Of a DNA stretch of 64,000 nucleotides, positions 24,946 to 37,150 are shown in pieces. This stretch comes from Octopus vulgaris (Eukaryota), in the NCBI GenBank assembly GCA_951406725.2, contig OX597814.1, forward strand, positions 214,706,001-214,770,000, given 5' to 3'. The notes under the pieces were generated by a model. That model had not been told where the DNA came from. It did no database searches and worked only from the letters and a program-made list of their open reading frames with translations. A program made the translations under genes and the position numbers. Within the stretch, counting starts at the first letter, position 1. Each line of letters opens with the position of its first letter.

Positions 24946-25497
24946 TTAAAGTACCAAATTTAAACTTAAAGTGACTGAATTTGTTGAAAAAAATAACCCC
25001 CAAAAAACCCCAACCACTCTGCAAAAAAAAAAACCCAAACAATAATGGTGCAGTTTGTAGGAAATTTAGCATTGTTAAAAGTAACATTAGGCTCTAGAGA
25101 AAGGTCAAAACCCAACAACAGAAAATGTCAAACAGTAAATAACTATCTAGAACTGGAAAAACAATTGGCTGAATAGCAGAAGAAAAAACAAAAGATGGGT
25201 ATATATATTGTAACAACATTGCATGTTCTGCTTGAGGTAAGAAGAAGCTAAATCAAGAAAAATACCTGGAGTTATTCAGAGAATCAGTTGATGAATCATA
25301 GTTTGTTGTTGTTGTTGTATTTTTATGAGTAATAAACTCATTTATGAACAATGAATGACCTTTTTTTAACCTGTGCCGCAGCCTTCACTCAATAGCTTTT
25401 AGGTAAAAAGCTACTGAGCAAAAGCAGGAATCATGCCAACTTTAGTATTTGTGTTGTAGTGTTTCATAAAAGATGTTGTGCTTTGTGTATGTGTGTG

Positions 25498-25559
<62 letters not shown>

Positions 25560-25701
25560 CATTCAGTTTTATTTCAAGATTTCTTGCCAATAGCGAAAGA
25601 GCCAGTTTCTAACCAAGATCCAAGGCTCTTTCATTGGAATTTCAACAACATCAACAGAGTATATTTGTATCCATGTATATACGTATGTATGTATGTATGT
25701 A

Positions 25702-25732
<31 letters not shown>

Positions 25733-25803
25733 ATGTATGTATGTATGTATGTATGTATGTATGTATGTATGTATGTATGTATGTATGTATGTATGTATGT
25801 ATG

Positions 25804-25837
<34 letters not shown>

Positions 25838-25849
25838 CATATATATGTG

Positions 25850-25890
<41 letters not shown>

Positions 25891-25982
25891 TGTAAGAGTA
25901 TGTGTGTGTCTGTGTTAAATGAAATGAGATAACAAAGCCAAGGCTGTGTGTAATTTTCAGGATATGTATAAAGAGGAAGTTA

Positions 25983-26030
25983 GTCTTACAGCTGTTTCTG
26001 GGATATTAGGGATATCCCTTCATCAGAGAT
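25983..26030 (-). ncRNA. Minimal type I hammerhead ribozyme
   Basis: UCU-CUGAUGA-A-GGGAUAU/AUAUCCC-A-GAAA-C-AGCU-G-UA-AGA; palindromic stem III ACAGCUGU. Confidence 0.85.
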
Positions 26031-26341
26031 AATGTGAGATGGTTAAATAGAGGGAAACAGTAGAGTTGAATATAAGGAGTTATTTTGGAAAAAAAGATGG
26101 AAATAAGAAGTGTAAAGAGAAATAAGAGAAGAAAAGTAAAAATAAAAATATATGTTGGATGTTATTGTTGCAGTCCCATTATCCAAGGAAACTGGTGTGT
26201 AGAAGTGGTAGAAATGCTTCTTGTCCGTGGTATGTAAATTCCAATAGGAGTTCATATTTTGTCATCACAAATGGAAATTGTGGGGGTGTAGATTCCATGT
26301 GCTGTACATTCAAAGGGGTCTTGAATGAACCACCTTACATC

Positions 26342-26389
26342 GTCTCTGATGGAGGGATATCCCTAATATCCCAGAAACAGCTGTAAGAC
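26342..26389 (+). ncRNA. Minimal type I hammerhead ribozyme (A9G core change)
   Basis: GUCU-CUGAUGG-A-GGGAUAU/AUAUCCC-A-GAAA-C-AGCU-G-UA-AGAC; predicted cut after 26385. Confidence 0.8.
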
Positions 26390-26688
26390 TAACTTTCTCT
26401 TTATAAATGTCCTGAAAATTACACACAGCCTTGGCTTCATTCTCTCATTTTATTTAACATATACATGATCATACAAGACCCACATTAGACGCCTCATTTG
26501 TATTATTATTGAACCAAGAGTTTAATTACAGTCCTTCCATAGCATTCACATAACCTTACCTCTCATATATATACATATACATACATACATATATATACAG
26601 GGAGAGTTTACGAAAAAAACAAAAGACGAAGACAGGTGGTGCACAAAACAAACAGATGTATTAGCACAACGCTCAGGAATAGAAAAAA

Positions 26689-26730
26689 GTCTTTTACATT
26701 TCGAGCGTACGCTCTTCTACAGAAAGGGAC
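26689..26730 (-). ncRNA. Minimal hammerhead-like motif with CUGUAGA core variant
   Basis: CUUU-CUGUAGA-A-GAGC-GUAC-GCUC-GAAA-UGUA-AAAG; stem I CUUU/AAAG; in a ~190-bp (TA)n-flanked module. Confidence 0.6.
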
Positions 26731-26798
26731 ACAGAAAAAACAAATAGAGAAACAAGGAGAGAAAAAAATGTGTGTAGTGGCTAACGATATATATACAT

Positions 26799-26860
<62 letters not shown>

Positions 26861-26990
26861 TAAGGGCATTACTATACATAAATGCCTCATGCTAGGAAGG
26901 ACTCTTAAAGTCAAAGCTACTATAATGACCACATTGTACTGAATGTGAAGGAATGCAACTCTCGAAGCGAGCCTCCTAAAAGCAGACTCA

Positions 26991-27053
26991 GCTGCATATC
27001 ATATGATTTTGTAATTAGTGCACAAAATGCACTTTTTACTCATCAGTGCAAGC
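26991..27053 (-). ncRNA. Type I hammerhead ribozyme, decayed (GAAA>AAAA)
   Basis: UGCA-CUGAUGA-GUAA..AGUGCA-UUUUG-UGCACU..UUAC-AAAA-UCAUAUGA-UA-UGCA; palindromic stem III. Confidence 0.75.
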
Positions 27054-27317
27054 ATAGCCAAGACATATAAAAATAAACAAAAATCAACATACCAGACGAA
27101 CACCACACGTATCCAGCATAGTACATAGAAATAGTTTACACTTATATATATCTATGTAAGAGGTGTTTTCTTCTCATTAGTGTTTTCTTCCAATTAGGAA
27201 GGGCACCAAGCCACTTTTGGGGCTTAACACAGTCCTCCTGTTTGTTGGATCCTGTCTAACCAGCCATCCCATGCTAGCATGAAAGACAGCCATTAAATAA
27301 TGAGGATGATCCTGATG

Positions 27318-27359
<42 letters not shown>

Positions 27360-27417
27360 ATATATAAGATAAAACTTACTTGGAAGAGGATGTGTGATGT
27401 TTAATCATATAATAATA

Positions 27418-28190
27418 TAAATAATATATATATATATATGCATATGTACATACTTACATCTATACGTATATATATATATAAGCATATGTGGGCACAGGAC
27501 GTACAACAAAAAAATATGAAGCATGAATACATGGAGCATGAACCATTCTTTCGAACAATGAAAGACTCAAATGGAAAACAAAACAAACAACATAAACAAC
27601 GACCCTTCATCAGTTGTTGGCTGTTTTTCTAGTCTCGTATTTCGAGCATTTAACAACAATATACACTTTCGATAAAACAGTTGCTCCCACAAAGCAAATT
27701 AAATAACATTTGGGATTTTGCGGAGGGTCAAAATAGGTAATATGAACAGGACAGCGAAAACACACAGGAAGGGCTACTAAGCCTACACAAGGTTGTGGTG
27801 GTGAACGCGTAAATCAAGCGTGGACAGGAGACAAACAAGAACATGTGTTCTTTGTTCCAGCTGCAACGGAGAGAAAGAAGGAAACACAAGTTACGAGAAG
27901 AAAGATGGCTGATGGTCGTGTGGGAGCCATGTGAGCAAGGGAGGAGGAGTGAGGGAGAGAGAGTGACAGAATAATAGGAAAGAATATGTTGTTTATTTTG
28001 TTTTCCATGAGTGTTTTTCGTTGTTCGAAAGAATAGTACAGGTTCCATGTACTCGTGCTTCATATTGTTTTGTTGTACATGTTTCATATCATCCTGTGCC
28101 CACATATGCTTATATATATATATATATATATGTATAGATGTAAGTATGTACATATGTGTATGCATATATGCACACATATATATATATATA
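27418..28190. mobile_element. PLE-like remnant with ~150-bp inverted arms
   Basis: 27440-27593 is the reverse complement of ~27984-28165; (TA)n flanks; minus-strand CUGAUGA just inside the left arm. Confidence 0.6.
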
Positions 28191-28194
28191 TGCG

Positions 28195-28540
28195 TGATCG
28201 TTGCTAGAGTGGCTATCTGGCCTCCGTGTCGATGGCACGTAAAAGATATCATTCGAGCGTGATCGTTACCTGCATCGCCTTACTGGCACCTGTGCTGGTG
28301 GCATGTGTAAAAGATTCGAGCGAGGTCGTTGCCAGTACCACCTGACTGGCCCCGTGTCAGTGGCATGTAAAAGCACCCACTACATTCTTGGAGTTGTTGG
28401 CATTAGGAAGGGCATCCAGCAGTAGAAACTCTGCCAGATCAAGATTGAAGCCTGGTGCAGCCATCTGTTTCACCAGCCCTCAGTCATTCGTCCAACCCAT
28501 GCTAGCATGGAAAGCGGACGTTAAATGATGATGATGATGA

Positions 28541-28543
<3 letters not shown>
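28195..28543 (+). mobile_element. RTE-type LINE 3' end (family B)
   Basis: Three diverged UTR units plus tail and (GAT)n. Confidence 0.85.
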
Positions 28544-28602
<59 letters not shown>

Positions 28603-28650
28603 TATATTATTGTTATTGTGTGTATATATATTACTTATATTATTATTATC

Positions 28651-28684
<34 letters not shown>

Positions 28685-28749
28685 CTTATATTATTATTAT
28701 TGTATATATATATATACACACACATACAAATGTGTGTGTGTGTGTGTGT

Positions 28750-29075
28750 GAAAATAAATGATTTTCGTTTCTTATTATGGAAACAAAAAAGATACTTAAG
28801 ACTGCAAAAAAGAAGTGTTCAAGTGAAATTGAGACAGAGACAAAAAGTCATTGATTGGAGAACAGGCATCAAATTCAGGCCAAAGAATTTATATAACCCC
28901 ACTATGACCTTCAACATATAAAAGAAATACATATATAAATACTGAAGGTAAAAATATATATATATGCACATGTAAAAATACAAAAATATATAGAAGGACC
29001 TGTCAGGAAAAAGGTATATAAAAATCAACTAAAATAGGTGATTAAAAAGAATTATAAAAACATATCAATCGACTA
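28750..29075. mobile_element. PLE-like remnant related to 47461-47945, rearranged
   Basis: 28750-28880 resembles the reverse complement of 47805-47940, while 28985-29073 resembles 47461-47575 directly. Confidence 0.55.
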
Positions 29076-29908
29076 TACATATATATATATGTATAATAAT
29101 TATTATAATAATAATTATAATAATAATTGTTCGAAGTGATTTTACTATAATCATTTCTTAAATATAGCCACGAAACACATGTCGTTATTCTATCAATTAT
29201 ATACGTTTTTATTATTTTTTTTTTTGCAATTTACTTAATCATTGATATTTTATTCTTATTTTAATTTTAATATTTCTATTATATGTAATTTTCTAGATGG
29301 TGTGATTTAATTGTTCATTTTGAATTGATAAAAGGTGTTTTTTTCCTAATTTTTGATATATATATATATATATATATATGTATAAATGTATGTGTGCATG
29401 TATGTATATATATAAATGGTTATTCTTTGCTCATGTAATGACACCTGCTTTTCTTCCCACTATCTGCTCCTTCCTCCTTTTCTTCTTCTCTGAGCATAGC
29501 TGCTTTCGTTTAGTAGGGAAAAAAGGGTAGGGAGCAAAAACGAAATTAATCCATAGGAGCTGCAAGAATTAGATAATTGCAATAAGGTGCTCAGGTAGCC
29601 CCACAAAGTACAAGCTGTGTTGAAGTGTGGTGGTGGTGGGTGGGGGTTTGCAAGACTGTATGGGGCGGTGAAAGAAAGGTGGCGAGGCAGACTGCCAAAA
29701 TGGGTAGGGTTCAAGTGTGGATGAAACAAGAACTGTGAGCTGGGGAAGATAGAGGGATGCAGAAGGGTGGGTGCAGCTAGTGGAATGAGTATTAAAGGTG
29801 ATTCAGTCAGTAGATGTGGAAAGCACTGGAGAGAGGTATGATATGGTTGGACAGTCTGTAGAGCCAGGGACGAAGAGGCAGGTATAAAGGCAGGTACAAA
29901 GGTATAAA

Positions 29909-30138
29909 GGTGGCAAGCTGGCAGAAACGTTAGCACATCGGGTGAAATGCTTAGGGGCATTTTGTCAGCCGCTGCGTTCTGAGTTCAAATTCTGCCGAGG
30001 TCGACTTTGCCTTTCATCCTTTCGGGGTCGATAAATTAAGTACCAGTTACATACTGGGGTCGATGTAGTCGACTTAATCCGTTTGTCTGTCCTTGCTTGT
30101 CCCCTCTGTGTTTAGCCCCTAGTGGGTAGTAAAGAAAT
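29909..30138 (+). mobile_element. SINE family C (C1), full length
   Basis: AGGTATAAAGGT duplicated at 29900-29911 and 30139-30150; tail GTAAAGAAATA. Confidence 0.92.
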
Positions 30139-30199
30139 AGGTATAAAGGTTGGGGAAGGAGACTGTAATAGGTGGAGAACCCAAACACACCACTTTTGG

Positions 30200-30625
30200 A
30201 ACTCAGTTATTCTGAAAAGGGTAAATATTTTTGTGAGTCTTATACCACCAGAAACCCCAGTCCTTTGTCATTTCATCTGTCAGGCTCAGAGTCCTGAGAT
30301 CAGTTTTCACCCATTTCATTCTATATCTTCCTGGGTCTTCTTCTTCTTCCACAGGTTCCAGCCACATTAGGCAACTGCACTTCTTTATACAGCTGCCCTC
30401 ATTCATACGTATCACATGTCCATACCAGTGTTGTTTTCTCTCTCTTGACCACGACTTCTGATTTCTCTTACACCCAGTTTTTCACTCAGCACCTTTGCCC
30501 TAACCCTTTCAGGCACACTAAAATCATGTTTCCATTGGAGCATGGTCACTTCATTTCTTTTCATTTTTCTCAACTCCTCTGCATTATGGTCCATGTCTCT
30601 CTACCATGCAACATTGCAGTTCTAA
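30200..30625 (-). pseudogene. RTE-type RT C-terminal fragment
   Basis: ORFs 30203-30415 and 30412-30594 (RNEVTMLQW, EKLGVREI, WVKTDLRTLSLTDEMTKD) are paralogous to 32705-32941. Confidence 0.75.
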
Positions 30626-30744
30626 CATGAGCATAACACAATCATTGCACAATATATATATGCATATGTATATTTGTTTACATGTATGTGTGTGTGTGTG
30701 CATATATATATGTATGTATGTATGGTTATACATAAATATATATA

Positions 30745-30944
30745 TTCTTTTATTTGCTTCAGTTATTTGACTGTGGCCATGCTGGAGCTTTGAAGTGTTT
30801 TTGTTGAACAATTAAACCACTAGGACTTATTTTTAAGTCTGTACTTACTCTATCGGTCTCTTTACCAAACCACTAAGTTACAGGGACATATGCACACCAA
30901 CACAAATTGTCAAGTGATGATGGGAGGACCAACACAGACACAAA

Positions 30945-31020
<76 letters not shown>

Positions 31021-31244
31021 GATAGATAGATAGATAGATAGATACATACATACATACATACATATATTCATTCATACACACATGTATATACAATGGGCTT
31101 CTTTCATTTTCTGTCTACCAAATCCACTCGCAAAACTTTGTTTGGCTTGAGGCTATAGAAGACACTTGCCCAAGGTGCCATGCAGTGGGATTGAATCCAG
31201 AATCCTGAAGTTGGGAAGCAAGCTTCTTACCACACACCCACTCC
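30745..31244 (-). mobile_element. SINE family A (older)
   Basis: Diverged family A with long internal (CA)/(TA)/(GATA) tract. Confidence 0.82.
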
Positions 31245-31302
31245 TATATATACATGCATATACATATATATATACATGCATATACATATATATAAATATG
31301 TA

Positions 31303-31340
<38 letters not shown>

Positions 31341-31344
<4 letters not shown>

Positions 31345-31777
31345 TAAATTAGAGACAAAACCACTATTAGGCAAATCAAACAATGAAAGACTTAAGCCAA
31401 TACATATGATTAATTTATATTATTTAAATATGCAACAAAATTATTAAAAAATATAATTAATATCCCACTACGATCGTTTAAACCTCGCCAAGAAAAATAT
31501 TTAAACCACCTGATGAATGACTGCGACTCAAAAATTTGAAGACAGCAGGCAGGAAACGATCGTAGTGGGATATTAATTATATTTTTTTATAATTTTGTTA
31601 CATATTTAAATAATATAAATTAATCATATGTATTGGCTTAAGTCTTTCATTGTTTGATTTGCCTAATAGTGGTTTTGTCTCTAATTTAATATAATATAAT
31701 ATTTTACTATAAAATTGGATTCAATCCTAAATCTGATTTTTCCCTGTAAGTTTGGATTTATTCCTAATATTTATTAT

Positions 31778-31780
<3 letters not shown>
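31341..31780. mobile_element. PLE-like remnant with ~139-bp near-perfect inverted arms
   Basis: 31341-31479 / 31554-31692 inverted; (TA)n on both sides; hammerhead at the junction. Confidence 0.78.
31506..31568 (+). ncRNA. Minimal type I hammerhead ribozyme, intact core
   Basis: CCAC-CUGAUGA-A-UGACUGC...GCAGGCA-G-GAAA-C-GAUC-G-UA-GUGG; palindromic ACGAUCGU; predicted cut after 31564. Confidence 0.87.
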
Positions 31781-31814
<34 letters not shown>

Positions 31815-31975
31815 GTATATACATACACATATGTGTGTGTAGGTGTATATGTGTGTGTTTTGTGTGTGGGCATGTGTATCTATCAATCTATCTATCTGTC
31901 TCTCTTTCTTATTCTCAGTCTCTGTCTGCCTGCCTGTCATTCTGTCTGTCTGTCTCTCTCTCTGTATATATATAT

Positions 31976-32374
31976 CTCTTTTACTCTTTTACTTGTTTCA
32001 GTCATTTGACTGTGGCCATGCTGGTGCACCGCCTTTAGTCGAGCAAATCGACCCTGGGACTTATTCTTTGTAAGCCTAGTACTTATTCTATCAGTCTCAT
32101 TTGCTGAACCGCTAAGTTACAGGGACATGAACACACCAGTATCGGTTGTCAAGCGATTTGGGGGGGATAAACACAGACACACAAACACACACACATATAT
32201 ATACATATACACGACAGGCTTCTTTCAGTTTCCATCTACCAAATCCACTCACAAGGCTTTGGTCGGCCCGAGGCTATAGTAGAAGACACTTGCCCAAAAT
32301 GCCACGCAGTGGGACTGAACCCGGAACCATGTGGTTGGTAAGCAAGCTACTTACCACACAGCCACTCCTGCACC
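31976..32374 (-). mobile_element. SINE family A, full length
   Basis: Family A reverse complement. Confidence 0.92.
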
Positions 32375-32626
32375 TATATATATATATATATAAGCTTTTG
32401 CTAAAATTATTTGACTGGTGAAATTGTTGAATATGGGGCAAGTTACTTCACTGTATGCATTTTGGGATTTTTGAGGGAAATGCTTTCAGAACACAAAGTA
32501 CAAAAGACAGTTTGATGTGAAACTGTTTAGGACCTTGTCCTTCCTTTCCTTGCATGTCCATGTGCATATAATCCATTTAACTGCATAAATAAATGTGAAT
32601 TTAGATGTGAGAGTTCAAACAGATTT

Positions 32627-33453
32627 AAAAGCATGAAAGAAAAGTTGGACATAAGAAGCATCAGATGTGGTGTGCAAGAGAGATGACTGTGCTGGTATGG
32701 CCATGTGGCGAGAATGGATGTGGATAGCTGTGTGAAAAAGTGCCACACCCCAGTAGTAGAGAGAACCTGTGGAAGAGGCAGACCAAGGAAGAAATTGGAT
32801 GAGGTGGTGAAGCACAACCTTCGAACATTGGGCCTCACAGAGGCAATGACAAGTGACCAAGTCCTTTGGAGATATTTGTGCTTGAGAAGACCTGGCAAGT
32901 CAAGTGAGACGGTAACCGTGGCCTATGCCACTGCAGCATAACTGGCCCATTTAACTGTACCCTTCAATCATTGGACAATAAACTGTGCCTACAAAGACCT
33001 GTTGAGTCAAGTGAAGTCATTGTTGTGGCTGAAGCCAGTACCACCTGACTGGCACCTGTGCCGGTGGCACGTACAAAGCACCATTTGAGTGTGGTTGATG
33101 CCATTGCTGTCTGACTGGTCCTGTGCTGGTGGCATGTAAAAAGCACCATTCGAGTGTGGTCATTGCCAGTTCCACTTGACTGGCTCCCCTGTGTTGGTGA
33201 CATGTAAAAAGCACCATTCAAGTGTGGTTGATGCCAGTACCACCTGACTAGCACTCATGCTGATGGCATGAGAAAAGCACCCACTACACTCTTGGAGTGG
33301 TTGGCATTAAGAAGTGTATCAAGCTGTAGAAACCTTGCCAAATCAGATTAGAGCCTGAAGCAGCCTTCTGGCTTGCTAGTCCTCAGTCAAACCGTCCAAC
33401 CCATGCCAGCATGGAAAGCGGACATTAAATGAGGATGACAACGACGACAATGA
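32627..33453 (+). mobile_element. RTE-clade LINE 3' portion (RT C-terminus, repeat-bearing 3' UTR, tail)
   Basis: WYGHVARM...GRGRPRKK..EVVK motif typical of RTE C-termini, continuous with the UTR units and family B tail. Confidence 0.88.
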
Positions 33454-33454
33454 C

Positions 33455-34290
33455 TTACATAGGATATAGAGGTGATGAAATCATGAGAGGCTGCTTTTGC
33501 ATATTCTTCAGATTTGAAGTTTTCCCTTGCAAAAAGTTGTCTAATGCCTGGAAAACGTGATAGTCAGTTGGTGCAAGGTCTGATGAATATGGTAGATGAA
33601 AGAGTAATTCCAAGTTCAGTTCTGTAACTTGAGTAATCTTCTTTGTGCAACATGTGGTCAAGCATTGTCTTGCAATTGAATTGGCCTGTCTCTATTGACC
33701 AATCTTGGTTGTTTTATTGCAAGTTCACTCATGATTTCATCCAATTGGTTGATGTATGCATCTGCTGTAATTGACCTACCAGGTCTCATGAAGCTGTAGT
33801 AGATAACACCAGTGCTGGACCACCAAACAGACATCATTAGCTGTTTTTGGTGAATATTCTTTTTTGGATTGTGTTTTGGCACTTCGTCTCTATACCACCA
33901 CCATGCAGAACATTGCTATTGTTCAAAAGAATCCATTTTTCATCACACGTAACAATACAATGCAAAAATGGTTCGCTTTTATGCTGTAACAGCAAAGAAC
34001 AGCAAGTTTCAAGATGACATGTCATTTGATGCTCATTCAGTTCTTGTGGTACCCGCTTGTTCAGCTTATTTACCTTGCCAATTTGTTTCAAATGGACCAA
34101 AGCAGTTGGAATTGAAACATCAAACCTTGCTACTAACTCACACATTGTTTCAGATGTATCCACTTCCACTACAGTTTCCAGCTCATTGTCATCCACCTTG
34201 GTGTCAGGTCTACCATTGGGCTGATTTTCAAGAGTAAAGTCACCTGACCAGAACTTCTCAATGACTGTCAAACTTGGAGCATAAGAAAAT
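33455..34290 (-). pseudogene. mariner (DD34D-type) transposase pseudogene
   Basis: Three frameshifted ORFs with VPQELN, IVTCDEKW, QDNA, PYSSDLAPTDYHVF. Confidence 0.93.
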
Positions 34291-34573
34291 CAGACATTTG
34301 ATTATATATATATAAGGGATGACCTGTCTTGCTCGCTTATGTTCTGGCACTTGCTAAATTTTCTTGAGAACATTCTTTTCTTAGTGGTAAGACCATAGCA
34401 GATCTTCTTCTAGCATAATGGATGACCACTTACAGGTCATCCCTTTCATATGCATGTTATGTAATTTTTCTGAAACTTCAGAATTTTTAAATATGCTAGA
34501 TCACTGTTTTTAAATTGATATTAATCAAATTGATATTCAATTTTTTACCCTTATTATTTTAAATTAAAAATTT

Positions 34574-34637
<64 letters not shown>

Positions 34638-34642
34638 AATAC

Positions 34643-35105
34643 ATTCTTTTATTCGTTTCAGCCATTTGGTTGCAGACATGCTGGAGCACTAGTGTGTTTT
34701 CACAATTTTACATATCATTCTTCTTTGGCTGATTTCTTCAGGGTGATGGGATTTCATATCACTACCCCTCTATGATTTTTTCTCCAGGTGGTTGGCCCCT
34801 TTGGTGCGTGTGAGGGAGTTTGACACTGCTGCTTTCATCTGTACCTCATACCAGGCCATTAATTTCCCCAGTATCATGATTAAGAGACAGTCCAGGTCCT
34901 TTTTAAAGACATCCGCATCCACATTGATATGTTTCTTAATTTTTTTGGTAGGACATTGAAGAGTTGTGGACCTTTGAAACCTAAGCTATTGTAGTTCCTG
35001 GTATAATACAACAGTATCTGGTTGAGCTTTTGTATAACACTCAATGGTGAAATTAGGCAGTAGCCCTTCCCGAATTTTCTATATGTAGATTATTACATAT
35101 CTGTA
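34643..35105 (-). mobile_element. CR1/L2-like LINE 3' end
   Basis: NSLGFKGPQLFNVLPKKLR...DADVFKKDLD...EVQMKAAVSNSL, then tail GTGCTCCAGCATG...GCTGAAACGAATAAAAAG. Confidence 0.8.
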
Positions 35106-35132
35106 GTTTTACATGTTTTTTGCACCAAGGAG

Positions 35133-35162
<30 letters not shown>

Positions 35163-35166
<4 letters not shown>

Positions 35167-35303
35167 TCATCATCATCATCGTTTAGCGTCCGCTTTCCAT
35201 GCTAGCATGGGTTGGACGGTTCAACTGGGGTCTGGGAAGCCAGAAGGCTGCACCAGGCCCAGTCTGATCTGGCAATGTTTCTATGGCTGGATGCCCTTCC
35301 TAA
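35163..35303 (-). mobile_element. RTE-type LINE 3' end (family B)
   Basis: (CAT)n-cgtttagcgtccgctttccatgctagc...; inserted in microsatellite. Confidence 0.88.
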
Positions 35304-35537
35304 CTCACACACACACACAAACATATATATATATATATATGTACACACGCACACACATATATATAAATATATATATATATATGTATATATATACATATAT
35401 ATATATACATATATATATATCTATATATATGTATATATATATATATATATATACATACACATCTATATTTATATATCTAATTCTATACCTTTATATATAT
35501 ATAGTGTATTTTATATTTTCTTTTTGTAACATATTTC

Positions 35538-35606
<69 letters not shown>

Positions 35607-35704
35607 TATATACATATACATATATATATATATATATATGCATACATATTTATATATCAATATCCAAATCTATATCTATCAATCTATCATTGGCGCACAC
35701 ACAA

Positions 35705-35735
<31 letters not shown>

Positions 35736-35800
35736 TATGTACACACATATATGCAAACATGGGAAAGTGGACATTTGTGATGGTGATGATGATAATGATG

Positions 35801-35835
<35 letters not shown>

Positions 35836-36085
35836 TATTTATATATATACAATCTTTTATTTGTTTCAGTCACTTGACTGCGGTCATGCTGGAGCACCAC
35901 CTTTAGTCAGACAATTCGACCCCAGAACTTATTCTTTGTAAGTTACGGGGGAGGTAAACACACCAGCATCAGTTGTCAAGTGATGGTGGGGGGACAAACA
36001 GACACACAAACATATATATACCCTGGTAACTGTTTATTGAATTTTCCATGTTAACTGTAAACAAATGATATTTCATTCATCCATT

Positions 36086-36130
<45 letters not shown>

Positions 36131-36225
36131 TCGTTAAACGATGATGATGATGATGATGATACATATATACATACATATATATACATATACATACATATAT
36201 ATACATATACATATATATATATATA

Positions 36226-36358
36226 TCATCATCATCATCATCATTTAGCGTCCGTTTTCCATGCTAGCATGGGTTGGACGGTTCTGCTGGGGTCTGTGAA
36301 GCCAGAAGGCTTCATCAGGCCCAGTCAAATCTGGCAGTGTTTCTACGGCTGGATGCCC
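36226..36358 (-). mobile_element. RTE-type LINE 3' end (family B)
   Basis: Same tail as other family B copies. Confidence 0.85.
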
Positions 36359-36444
36359 TATATATATATATATATGTAGGTCCCGGGTTGATTCGGGGTT
36401 AACCACAGTAAATAAGGTACTCAATACATAGCAGAGTAAAATTA

Positions 36445-36523
36445 ATTTATTATATAGAAGGAGCTTCCTGAAGATTTCTCTTGAATGAAACAGTTCTAGT
36501 CCTGTAGAAGCTCCTTCTATATA

Positions 36524-36529
<6 letters not shown>
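36445..36529 (+). ncRNA. Type I hammerhead ribozyme closed by a 23-bp perfect stem I
   Basis: ...GAGCUUC-CUGAAGA-U-UUC-UCUU-GAA-U-GAAA-CAG-UUCUAGUC-CUG-UA-GAAGCUC...; predicted cut after 36506; module 36376-36529 flanked by (TA)n. Confidence 0.87.
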
Positions 36530-36568
<39 letters not shown>

Positions 36569-36611
36569 CACACAGACATATGTGTATATCTTTTAAATTT
36601 GTTTATATATA

Positions 36612-36850
36612 GGTGCAGGAGTGACTGTGTGGTAAGAAGCTTGCTTCCCAACTACATGGTGCCGGGTTCAGTCCCAGCATGTAGGACCTTGGGCAAGTGT
36701 CTTCTACTATAGCTTCGAGGCGACCAAAGCCTTGTGAGTGGATTTGGTAGAGAGAAACTGAAAAGAAGCCCATCATGTCTGTGTTTGTCCCCTCAAACTT
36801 AGCACTTCAGCAAAAGGGAGCGATAGAATAAGTACCAGACTTACAAAGAA
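36612..36850 (+). mobile_element. SINE family A, internally deleted
   Basis: Head and body match; microsatellite and part of tail missing. Confidence 0.85.

Positions 36851-37150
<300 letters not shown>

Larger units (their letters stand above)
25913..26573. mobile_element. Penelope-like (PLE) remnant with inverted pLTRs
   Basis: ~126-bp inverted arms 25913-26038 / 26334-26459, each with a hammerhead; flanked by (TG)n and (TA)n. Confidence 0.75.

Noticed and set aside
25559-25655. Hammerhead in the short repeat shared with 50809-50912
   Set aside because: Minus strand has GAAAC..UC but the core reads CCAAUGA and stems are poor; a microsatellite-embedded repeat only.
29130-29195. Hammerhead 3' half CGAAACACAUGUC
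   Set aside because: No CUGANGA upstream; at most a truncated relic.
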